DNA of 47,572 bases from an uncultured Actinomycetospora sp. (lineage in GTDB: Bacteria > Actinomycetota > Actinomycetes > Mycobacteriales > Pseudonocardiaceae). The notes below the pieces were generated by a model. That model did not search any database and was not told the DNA's origin. It was given only the letters and a program-made list of their open reading frames with translations. The position numbers and the translations under genes were made by a program. The DNA lies in NCBI GenBank assembly GCA_902805495.1, contig CADCTH010000288.1, positions 1 to 47,572 on the forward strand. Direction: 5' to 3'. Shown here one piece after another: positions 39,290 through 47,133 of this stretch (position 1 is its first letter; each line of letters starts with the position of its first letter).

Positions 39290-39949
39290 TCAGCTGCGGC
39301 GCCACCGTCCGGCGAGGATCGCGCGCGGTCGCCGGGCGGCGGCCTCGGCCCGCGCCCGCCGGTCGTGCCAGCGCTGCGTCCACACCGGCATGCGCTCGGC
39401 CAGGACGGTCTCGACCTCGCCGTCCTTCCCGTGGCGCAGGCGGTCGGCGACCGCGGGCTCGTCGCTCAGCAGGGCGGCGAGGTCGCGCGGCGGCACCTCG
39501 GAGCGGTGCACCGGCACGCCGTAGCGGCGGGAGAGCGCGGCGCGCTGCTCGCCGGCGATGCTCGGGCCGGTGAGCACGAAGCGCGGGTAGGCGTGCGAGG
39601 CGCGCCAGCCACGCCCGCCCTCGACGATCTGGCCCCACAGCGCGACGACGCCGAGCACCTCGTGATCGGAGATGCCCCACTCCAGCGAGCCCGGGTCGGA
39701 GACGGCGTAGAGGCCGCACCGGCAGCGGTCACCGGGCGGGGTGTGCCGCGCCGACCCGCACGACGCGATCATCGGGTGCCGTGACGGCCAGGTGACGCCG
39801 GCGAGGGGCGCGACCAGCTCCGCGCGCCGCTGGGCCCGCCGGCCCACGCGCCACGTGCGCCAGCCGACGACGGGGTGGGGGAGATCCGGGGCGGGCAGCG
39901 CCTCGAGGGCCGCCGGGTCCCGGCGAGGGGGGACGAGCGGGAGGCTCAC
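39290..39949 (-). CDS. Hypothetical protein with GWRxW, C-x4-H-x6-CxCGLYA and G..ALWG..VE...GWRA motifs
   Basis: GTG 39949 overlaps the TGA of the upstream small ORF (GTGA); motif-rich, globular-looking core. Confidence 0.75.
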   Translation of the reverse strand: MSLPLVPPRRDPAALEALPAPDLPHPVVGWRTWRVGRRAQRRAELVAPLAGVTWPSRHPMIASCGSARHTPPGDRCRCGLYAVSDPGSLEWGISDHEVLGVVALWGQIVEGGRGWRASHAYPRFVLTGPSIAGEQRAALSRRYGVPVHRSEVPPRDLAALLSDEPAVADRLRHGKDGEVETVLAERMPVWTQRWHDRRARAEAAARRPRAILAGRWRRS

Positions 39950-40113
39950 GGGGAGCGCAGGGTCCCGGTGCTCGTCGTGGCGTCCTGCGGGGCCGGCTCG
40001 GCGGGCCGGGTCCGCTCGAGCGCCGAGGGTTCGTGCACCGAGGGCTCCTCGCCGGGCACGGGCGAGCTGGCGGGCTCGGCGGTGAAGCGCCGCCGGACGG
40101 GTCCGATGTCCAC
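39946..40113 (-). CDS. 55-aa Pro/Glu-rich peptide (MDIGPVRRRFTAEP...)
   Basis: GTG 40113 lies 7 nt after an extended -10 (TGgCAGCGT); its stop forms a GTGA overlap with the next gene. Confidence 0.6.
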   Translation of the reverse strand: MDIGPVRRRFTAEPASSPVPGEEPSVHEPSALERTRPAEPAPQDATTSTGTLRSP

Positions 40114-40237
40114 GCACGGAACGCTGCCACGTCGGTCTGCCCGGCACCAGACCTCGCCCGACGTGCGGGTGATCTGCCACCCTGGCCCGCGCCCGCACCC
40201 CGTGGTCGGGGCCGTCGCCGCGCGCCAGGGAGCCGTC

Positions 40238-41005
40238 ATGAGCGATCGGATCGCCGAGCACTACGAGAGCGTCGCCGCGGGTTACGACGACCAGTGGGAC
40301 TACGACCCCGAGTACGTCCGCGGGTTCGCGCAGGCGATCGTCGGCGCGCTGCGTCTCGGCGGCTCGGACGCCATCGCCGACATCGGCTGCGGCACCGGCC
40401 TCTACACGCGCCGGCTCTGCGAGGAGGTCCGTCCCGAGCGGCCCGTCCTCTGCGTCGACCCCGTGCCGGCGATGCTCGACCAGCTCCCGCGCGTGCCAGG
40501 GCTGCGGCCGCTGCTCGCCGGCGCCGAGGACCTCGCCTCCGGGCGCGTCGGGCTGCCCGACGGCGTCCCGCTCGACGCGATCGTGCTCAAGGAGTCGATC
40601 CACCACCTGGCCGACCGCCGCGCGACCCTCCAGGGGCTGGTCGGGCTGCTCTCGCGCCACGGGCGCCTGCTGGTGGTGATGCTGCCGCGGACGCTGCACC
40701 ACCCCCTGTTCCAGGATGCCCACGAGCGGTTCCGGGAGCTGCAGCCCGAGCCCCAGGAGATCGTCGACGTGCTCGCCGAGGCGGGCCTGCGGACGTCGGT
40801 CAACCACCGCACCTTCCACACCACCATCGACCGCGAGCGCTACGTCCACCTGCTCGAGTCGCGGTACCTCTCGGTGCTGGGGGAGTTCAGCGAGGACGAG
40901 CTGCAGGCGGGCATCGCGCAGTTCCGCCACGCCTACCGCGACGAGCCCGTGATCCGCTTCGACGACCACTTCGCCTTCGTCACGGGGTGGGTCCGGCCGC
41001 GTTGA
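40238..41005 (+). CDS. Class I SAM-dependent methyltransferase
   Basis: GGGAG RBS and ATG; ADIGCGTG, CVDP...ML, D.IVLKESIHH. Confidence 0.88.
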   Translation: MSDRIAEHYESVAAGYDDQWDYDPEYVRGFAQAIVGALRLGGSDAIADIGCGTGLYTRRLCEEVRPERPVLCVDPVPAMLDQLPRVPGLRPLLAGAEDLASGRVGLPDGVPLDAIVLKESIHHLADRRATLQGLVGLLSRHGRLLVVMLPRTLHHPLFQDAHERFRELQPEPQEIVDVLAEAGLRTSVNHRTFHTTIDRERYVHLLESRYLSVLGEFSEDELQAGIAQFRHAYRDEPVIRFDDHFAFVTGWVRPR

Positions 41006-42378
41006 GCGTGTTCGACGACGTCCTGGACCGGGCGCGGCGGTGGGCGGGCGACTGGCTCGCGGGGCTGGGCGAACGGCCCGTCGGCGTGCCCGTCGCGCCG
41101 GCGACGATGCGGGCGCGGATCGACGCCGAGCTGCCCGAGGAGGGCGAACCGGCGAGCCGGGTGCTCGACGACCTCGCCGCGGCGATCGAGCCCGGACTGG
41201 TGGCGAGCGCCGGTCCGCGCTACTTCGGCTTCGTGACCGGCGGGGCGCTGCCGGCGGCGCTGGGCGCGGACTGGATGGTCACGGCCGCCGACCAGAACGC
41301 CGCCCTCTACGCGATGTCCCCGGCCGCGGCGGTGGTCGAGGAGACGGCCGCGCGATGGGTGCTCGACCTGCTCGGGCTGCCGGGCGACGCGACGGTCGGC
41401 TTCGGCACCGGCGCGCAGATGGCCAACGTGTCCTGCCTGGCCGCGGCCCGCCGCGCGCTGCTGCTCGGGCAGGGCTGGGACGTCGAGTCCGACGGGCTCG
41501 CGGGCGCGCCCGTGCCGACGGTGGTGATCGGCGAGCAGGCGCACGCGACCCTGCTCCAGGCCCTGCGCCTGCTCGGGTTCGGCTCCGGCCGGGCGGTGCG
41601 CGTGCCGGTGGACGACCAGGGGCGGATGCGCGCCGACGCGCTGCGCGCCCGGCTCGACGACCTCGACGGCCCGGTGCTCGTGTGCGCCCAGGCCGGCAAC
41701 GTCGACACCGGGGCGAGCGACCCGTTCGCCGCGATCGCCGACGCCCTGGCGGCCCGGCCGGACGCCTGGCTGCACGTCGACGGCGCCTTCGGGCTGTGGG
41801 CCGCCGCGGCGCCGGGCCGCCGGCACCTGGTCGCGGGCGTGGAGCGCGCCGACTCGTGGGCGGTCGACGCGCACAAGTGGCCGGGCGTCCCCTACGACTG
41901 CGGCATGGCCGTCGTCCGCGACGGGGCGGCTCTGGCCGGCGCACTGACGACCTCGGCGGCCTACATCGGCTTCGGCGAGCTCGACCCCTCGAGCCGCGTC
42001 CCCGAGAGCTCCCGGCGGGCGCGCGCGACCCCGGTCTACGCCGCGTTGCGCAGCCTCGGGCGCCGGGGCGTCGCCGACCTGGTCGAACGCTGCTGCGCCC
42101 TCGCCCGCCAGGCCGCCGACGAGCTCGCGCGGCACCCGGAGATCGAGGTGCTCAACGCCGTCGAGCTCAACCAGGTCCTCTTCCGGCCGCGCCGCCTGGA
42201 CGCCCGCGAGCTCGCGGCCGCCGTCCAGCGCGACGGCACCTGCTGGATCGGCACCACCGTGTGGGACGGCCGCCCCGCCCTGCGGCTGTCGGTCTCGAAC
42301 TGGTCGACGACGCGGGAGGACATCACCCGCTCCACCGACCGCGTCCTGGCCCTGGTCGACGCCGCCCGGCCGAGGTAG
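41002..42378 (+). CDS. Group II PLP-dependent (DDC-family) amino acid decarboxylase
   Basis: TTGA overlap with the methyltransferase; PRYFGFV.GG, WLHVDGAFG, DAHKW (PLP Lys), R.SVSNW. Confidence 0.9.
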   Translation: MSVFDDVLDRARRWAGDWLAGLGERPVGVPVAPATMRARIDAELPEEGEPASRVLDDLAAAIEPGLVASAGPRYFGFVTGGALPAALGADWMVTAADQNAALYAMSPAAAVVEETAARWVLDLLGLPGDATVGFGTGAQMANVSCLAAARRALLLGQGWDVESDGLAGAPVPTVVIGEQAHATLLQALRLLGFGSGRAVRVPVDDQGRMRADALRARLDDLDGPVLVCAQAGNVDTGASDPFAAIADALAARPDAWLHVDGAFGLWAAAAPGRRHLVAGVERADSWAVDAHKWPGVPYDCGMAVVRDGAALAGALTTSAAYIGFGELDPSSRVPESSRRARATPVYAALRSLGRRGVADLVERCCALARQAADELARHPEIEVLNAVELNQVLFRPRRLDARELAAAVQRDGTCWIGTTVWDGRPALRLSVSNWSTTREDITRSTDRVLALVDAARPR

Positions 42379-42452
42379 GAGCTCCCGGCACCACCGTGGT
42401 GTGGGTCGCGCCGGGCCCGCGCACGCCCGACCGTCGTTTAGCGTTGCTCACG

Positions 42453-43652
42453 ATGACGGAGCAGTCGGGACAGTCCGCCCTGCGCGTGGGCACGGGCGCC
42501 GTCGCGATCACCACCGCGACGGTGCTGCCGGTGTTCCTGCTCGGCGCGCTGTCGGTGCAGGTCGGCGCCGAGCTGGGCTTCGATCCCGCCGCGCTGGGCC
42601 TCGTGGTCTCCGCGTACTTCGGGGTGTCGGCGCTGGTGTCGCTGCCCGTCGGCAAGCTGGTCGAGCGCCTCGGGTCGCGCGCGACCAGCCGGATCGCGCT
42701 GGTCGGCGCCGCGATCGCCATGCTGCTGACCGCCGCGTTCGCCCGCAGCTACGCCGCCGTCGTCGCGATCGTGCTCGCCGGGGCGTGGACCAACGTCATG
42801 GGCCAGCTCAGCACCAACCTCACGCTCGCGCGGGCGATGCCGGCCGCCCGCCTCGGGCTCTCGTTCGGGGTCAAGCAGGCCTGCGTCCCGCTGGCGACGC
42901 TCCTCGCGGGGCTCGCGGTACCCACGGTGGGTCTGACCGTCGGGTGGCGCTGGGCCTACGTGATCGCCGCCGTGCTGGCGCTGGCGGCCCTGGCCGCGGC
43001 ACCACGCGGCGCCGGCCCGGAGTCGCGCGCGACCGACCGCACCGCGGACCGGGCGACGACGGCGCTCGCGGTGATCGGCATCGCGGCGGGGCTCGGGGCC
43101 GCGAGCTCGACCGGGCTGAGCATCTTCCTCGTCGCCTCCGCGGTCGACCAGGGCGTCGAGCTCGGCCTCGCCGAGCGCGTGCTCACGCTCGGCAGCGTCG
43201 TCGCGGTGCTCGTGCGGATGCTGCACGGCTGGCTCGCCGACCGGCGCACCGGCGGGCACGTCGCCGTGGTCGCCGGGTCGCTGATCCTGGGCGGCGCCGG
43301 GGTCGTCCTGCTCGCCGTGCCCGGGTCGGTCGCCCTGGTCGTCGGGACGGTCCTGGGCTTCGGGCTCGGCTGGTCGTGGCCCGGGCTGCTCCAGTTCGCC
43401 GTGGTGCGCCTGAACCCGGCGGCACCGGCGGCGGCGACGGCCATCGTGCAGGTGGGCGTGTACGCCGGCGGGTGCCTCGGGCCGGTCGGCTTCGGGCTCC
43501 TGGCCACGCAGCTCTCGTTCGCCACGGCGTGGGTCGTCGCCGCGATCGCCATGGTCGTCGCCGGCGCGGGCGTGCTCGTGGGGCGGCAGCTGCTGCTGCG
43601 TCACCGGGCGGCCGTCGAGGATCGCGCGGCGGTCCCCGCGCCGGCCCGGTGA
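42453..43652 (+). CDS. MFS transporter
   Basis: Multiple hydrophobic helices; GKLVERLG, SFGVKQ, GWRWA, GWLADR. Confidence 0.85.
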   Translation: MTEQSGQSALRVGTGAVAITTATVLPVFLLGALSVQVGAELGFDPAALGLVVSAYFGVSALVSLPVGKLVERLGSRATSRIALVGAAIAMLLTAAFARSYAAVVAIVLAGAWTNVMGQLSTNLTLARAMPAARLGLSFGVKQACVPLATLLAGLAVPTVGLTVGWRWAYVIAAVLALAALAAAPRGAGPESRATDRTADRATTALAVIGIAAGLGAASSTGLSIFLVASAVDQGVELGLAERVLTLGSVVAVLVRMLHGWLADRRTGGHVAVVAGSLILGGAGVVLLAVPGSVALVVGTVLGFGLGWSWPGLLQFAVVRLNPAAPAAATAIVQVGVYAGGCLGPVGFGLLATQLSFATAWVVAAIAMVVAGAGVLVGRQLLLRHRAAVEDRAAVPAPAR

Positions 43653-43766
43653 GCCGGTAGGACGCTATCTGGTTGTGCACCGTTGACCTGGTGCTGCTGC
43701 TCGGCCACCGTGAATGGGGTCACGCCGGTCCACCACGCGCCCGGCGGTCACCCGGGGAGGAACACC

Positions 43767-44153
43767 ATGGCCGAGCAGACCCTCTACGAGCGCCTCGGAG
43801 GCGCCTACGGCATCGCGGGCGCCGTCGACGTGCTCGTCGACCGGCTCTTCGCCAACGCCGCGGTCAACGCGAACGAGGCGGTGCACGCCCACCACGGCGT
43901 CGCCGCGAACGCGCCGGGCTACAAGTTCCTGGTCACGGCGTGGTCGATCGAGGCCACCGGTGGGCCGTCGTGCTACCCCGGTCAGGACATGGTGAAGGCC
44001 CACGACGAGCTGCGGATCGACGAGGCGGGCTTCGACGCGGTCGCGCTGGAGATCGCGGCGACGCTGAGCCACCTGGGTGTGCCCGCCGCCGAGCACCGCG
44101 AGTTCATGGACATCATCGAGAGCTACCGCCCGCAGGTCGTCCAGGCCGCCTGA
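43767..44153 (+). CDS. Group I truncated (2/2) haemoglobin
   Basis: GGAGG RBS; TLYERLGG, TGGP..Y.G.DM..AH (proximal His), I....F. Confidence 0.88.
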   Translation: MAEQTLYERLGGAYGIAGAVDVLVDRLFANAAVNANEAVHAHHGVAANAPGYKFLVTAWSIEATGGPSCYPGQDMVKAHDELRIDEAGFDAVALEIAATLSHLGVPAAEHREFMDIIESYRPQVVQAA

Positions 44154-44160
44154 CGCCGTT

Positions 44161-44199
44161 CCTCCGCCCGGACCCCCGTCGGGGTACGTCCGGGGGAGG
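44161..44199 (+). terminator. GC-rich imperfect hairpin just after the globin stop
   Basis: CCTCC-G-CCCGGAC-CCCC-GTC-GGGG-TAC-GTCCGGG-GGAGG; no U-tract. Confidence 0.5.
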
Positions 44200-44212
44200 G
44201 CGGCAGGCACCG

Positions 44213-44382
44213 TGCTACGGTCACGCCAGTTGCGTCTCGTCTTCCTCGCTGTGTCAGAGCTGTGTGGATCATGTGACATCGACCCCGCTCGCACAGCGCG
44301 TCGCCGACGCGTGTCGCCGTGGGATCGGGCAACAGCATGGGGCGGGTCCAGACCCGTTCGATCCCGACACGAATGAGGATGC
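44213..44382 (+). promoter_or_regulatory. Extended -10 (TGcTACGGT) and long 5' UTR of the cold-shock gene
   Basis: TACGGT at 44216-44221, about 160 nt before ATG 44383. Long leaders are typical of csp genes. Confidence 0.55.
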
Positions 44383-44586
44383 ATGTCCGACGGCACGGTC
44401 AAGTGGTTCAACGCCGAAAAGGGTTTCGGCTTCATCGCTCCTGATGACGGGGGCAAGGACATCTTCGTCCACTACTCCGCCATCGAGGGCGGCGGTTTCC
44501 GCTCGCTCGAGGAGAACCAGCGGGTCAGCTTCGAGTCGAGCCAGGGCGCCAAGGGCCCCCAGGCGGACTCGGTGCGCGCCATCTGA
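44383..44586 (+). CDS. cspA: Cold-shock protein
   Basis: [15 protein letters not shown] (RNP1), DIFVHYSAI (RNP2), KGPQA. Paralogue identity uncertain. Confidence 0.95.
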   Translation: MSDGTVKWFNAEKGFGFIAPDDGGKDIFVHYSAIEGGGFRSLEENQRVSFESSQGAKGPQADSVRAI

Positions 44587-44715
44587 GCTCTGCACTGATC
44601 TCCACCGCTTCGCTCGGAGGAGCTTGACCGGAGCGCCGCCGTCAGGGTGCGCGCTCGGTCTGCCGGGCTGTGGTCCCGCGCCTCATACCCGTGGGACCAC
44701 AGCCTTTCCCCTGTA

Positions 44716-45030
44716 CTACCCCGACCGGTGGCCGGGCCCGTTCTCGAGGTCGAGGGACGCGGCCACGGCCTCGTAGGTCGACCCGCCGGCCCCGATGCCC
44801 GCGACGAGCGTGGGGTTGTCCACCTCGCCCTCGGCCACCAGGTGCTCGTCCTCGACGAGGGTGACGCGCACGCGCTGGCCGAGCGGCTGGAGGCGCGCCG
44901 AACGCCCCCACTCGTCGAACACCGTCACGCCGCCGTCGTCGGAGAACTCCGGCGCGGGCACGTGCTCCCGCGGCTCGTGGGCCGCCTCGATCGCCTCGCG
45001 CAGGTCGGACGTCGCGTCGTCGGGGTCCAT
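44716..45030 (-). CDS. Acidic hypothetical protein
   Basis: 104-aa ORF with normal composition; ATG lies 6 nt after a TACGGT -10. Confidence 0.6.
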   Translation of the reverse strand: MDPDDATSDLREAIEAAHEPREHVPAPEFSDDGGVTVFDEWGRSARLQPLGQRVRVTLVEDEHLVAEGEVDNPTLVAGIGAGGSTYEAVAASLDLENGPGHRSG

Positions 45031-45113
45031 GACGCGACCGTACGGGGCACGCGCGCCCGCGGCGTCCGGACCACTGCTGGCCCCCCGGGCGCCGATCGGC
45101 CACGATCGCCGGT

Positions 45114-45947
45114 GTGGAGCAGTCGACCCCGCCCGGTGAGCCGGCGATCTCGCTGCACGACTTCACCGACATCGACCACGCCGTCGAGCCCACCTACGTC
45201 GCGGCCCTCGAGGCGTTCGACCGCCTCCCGCTGCTGCGCGAGCTCAAGGCCCTGGCCGTGGAGCGCACCGCCACGGGACCGGGATGCCGCGTGCTCGACG
45301 TCGGCTGCGGGTTCGGTCTGGAGACGCTGCGTCTCGCCCGACTCGTCCGGCCCGGCGGGACGATCACCGGCGTCGACCTCTCCGCGGCCTTCCTCGACGA
45401 GGGCCGCCGGCGCGCGGCCGCGGCCGGGCTCGACGTGGTCTTCGAGCAGGGCGACGCGCAGCAGCTGCCGGTGCCCGACGACGCCGCCGACGTGACGCGC
45501 GCCGAGCGCGTCCTGATCTACCTCGACGACGCCGACCGCGCGCTGGCCGAGATGCTGCGCGTGACCCGCCCCGGCGGCCGCATCGCGATCATCGAGCCCG
45601 ACTTCGACACCAACACCGTCAACGTCCCCGACGTGGCCCTGGTCCGTGCCGTGCTCGCCCACGAGGCCGACACGGCCGTGGTGAACGCGCGTCTCGTGCG
45701 CGACCTGACCGCGCGCCTCGCCGGGCTGGGTCTGGCCGACGTCGCGATCGCGAGCCGGATGGTGGTGTTCGACCCGGAGCTCGCCGCCCAGTACTTCGGC
45801 GGCATCGGCGCCACCGCCGTCCGCGACGGCGCGATCGACGCCGACGCGGGGGAGCGCTGGCGCGCGATCGTCGAGGAGCGGCACCGCCGCGGCGAGCTCT
45901 TCGGCGCCGTCGGCTACTACCTGTTCACGGCGACCGTCCCGGGCTGA
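45114..45947 (+). CDS. Class I SAM-dependent methyltransferase (UbiE-like)
   Basis: VLDVGCGFG, GVDLS, GDAQQLP, ERVL, EM.RVTRPGG, EPD. Confidence 0.9.
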   Translation: MEQSTPPGEPAISLHDFTDIDHAVEPTYVAALEAFDRLPLLRELKALAVERTATGPGCRVLDVGCGFGLETLRLARLVRPGGTITGVDLSAAFLDEGRRRAAAAGLDVVFEQGDAQQLPVPDDAADVTRAERVLIYLDDADRALAEMLRVTRPGGRIAIIEPDFDTNTVNVPDVALVRAVLAHEADTAVVNARLVRDLTARLAGLGLADVAIASRMVVFDPELAAQYFGGIGATAVRDGAIDADAGERWRAIVEERHRRGELFGAVGYYLFTATVPG

Positions 45948-45957
45948 CGGGTACGCG

Positions 45958-46428
45958 TCAGCGCCCCTCGTGCGGGGCGAGCACGCGGGTGAGGGCGTCG
46001 CGGAGCGCGGCGAGCTCGTCGGGGCGGACGTGCTCGGTGAAGTGCCGCCGGACGGCGTCGAGGTAGATCGGTGCCGCGCGGCGCAGGCCGGCCCGTCCCT
46101 CGTCGGTGAGGACGGCGAAGGACGCGCGCCGGTCCTGCGGATCGGGTTCGCGCCGGACGAGGCCCTCGACGGCCATCTCGTCGACCAGCCGGCTGATCCG
46201 CGACCGGGACAGCACGACGCGGGAACCGAGCTCCTGGATGCGCAGGCGCCGCTCCGGCGCCGCGTTGAGCTCGAGCAGCACGTCGTACCAGCTCAGGGGC
46301 AGGTGCGCGCCCCGCTCGACCTCGCGCCCCACGACGGGGACGAGGGCGGCGTGCGCGCGCAGCAGCAGCGACCAGGCCCGCACTCCGGGGTCGTCGGGGT
46401 CCGGCGGGGCGGCAGCGGCGGAGGACAC
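45958..46428 (-). CDS. MarR-family regulator
   Basis: WYDVLLEL, LSRSRISRLVD.M...GLV.R....DRR....LTDEG. Confidence 0.92.
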   Translation of the reverse strand: MSSAAAAPPDPDDPGVRAWSLLLRAHAALVPVVGREVERGAHLPLSWYDVLLELNAAPERRLRIQELGSRVVLSRSRISRLVDEMAVEGLVRREPDPQDRRASFAVLTDEGRAGLRRAAPIYLDAVRRHFTEHVRPDELAALRDALTRVLAPHEGR

Positions 46429-46441
46429 GGGAGGACCCTAC

Positions 46442-46487
46442 TTGACGCGTGCGCACGCACCTCTTTATGTTGCGTGCGTACGCACCT
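46442..46487 (+). promoter_or_regulatory. azoR promoter with two palindromic MarR-type operators
   Basis: TTGACG 46442, N18, TATGTT 46466. GCGTGCG(C/T)ACGCACCT at 46447 and 46472 (15/16 identical); 46447-46458 is a perfect palindrome. Confidence 0.75.
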
Positions 46488-46502
46488 AGTTGTGGAGGAG
46501 CC

Positions 46503-47132
46503 ATGTCCCACCTGCTGCACCTCGCCGCCAGCCCCCGCGGCGCCGCCAGCGAGTCGCTCGCGATCGCCGGGACGTTCCTGGACGTCTACCGGGAGCACCA
46601 CCCGGACGACACCGTCGAGACCTGGGACCTGTGGGACGGGACGCTGCCGTCGTTCGGGCCCGCGGCGGTCGGCGCCAAGATGACCGTGTTCGGCGGCGCC
46701 GAGCCGGCCGGGGAACAGGCCACCGCGTGGCGGGCGGCCCGCGCGGCCTTCGAGCGCTTCGACGCCGCCGACCGCCTGCTGCTGAGCGTCCCGATGTGGA
46801 ACGGCGGTGTCCCCTACGTCCTCAAGCAGTTCATCGACGTGGTGTCCCAGCCGGGGATGGTGTTCGGGGTCGATCCGGGGACCGGCTACTCCCACCTGCT
46901 GGCGGGCCGCGGCAAGCGGGCGGCGGTGGTCTACACGAGCGCGGTCTGGGGCCCGGCGCTCGGGCCCGAGTTCGGCCGCGACTTCCAGTCCACCTACCTC
47001 GAGGACTGGCTGACCTGGACCGGCATCGACGACATCAGCGAGATCCGCTTCCACCCGACGCTCGTGGGTGACGCCGGCGAGGCGCGCACGAAGGCGCACG
47101 CCGTCGCCCGGGACGTCGCGGCCACGTTCTGA
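46503..47132 (+). CDS. azoR: FMN-dependent NADH-azoreductase
   Basis: GGAGG RBS; ASPRG..SES, AAD.....PMWN...PY.LKQFID, QPG..F, DFQ..YL. Confidence 0.88.
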   Translation: MSHLLHLAASPRGAASESLAIAGTFLDVYREHHPDDTVETWDLWDGTLPSFGPAAVGAKMTVFGGAEPAGEQATAWRAARAAFERFDAADRLLLSVPMWNGGVPYVLKQFIDVVSQPGMVFGVDPGTGYSHLLAGRGKRAAVVYTSAVWGPALGPEFGRDFQSTYLEDWLTWTGIDDISEIRFHPTLVGDAGEARTKAHAVARDVAATF

Positions 47133-47133
47133 G

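Noticed and set aside
40033-43652. 781-aa and 870-aa ORFs suggesting N-terminally extended decarboxylase and MFS
   Set aside because: The extensions are alternative-frame readings of the upstream genes; starts at 41002 and 42453 fit better.
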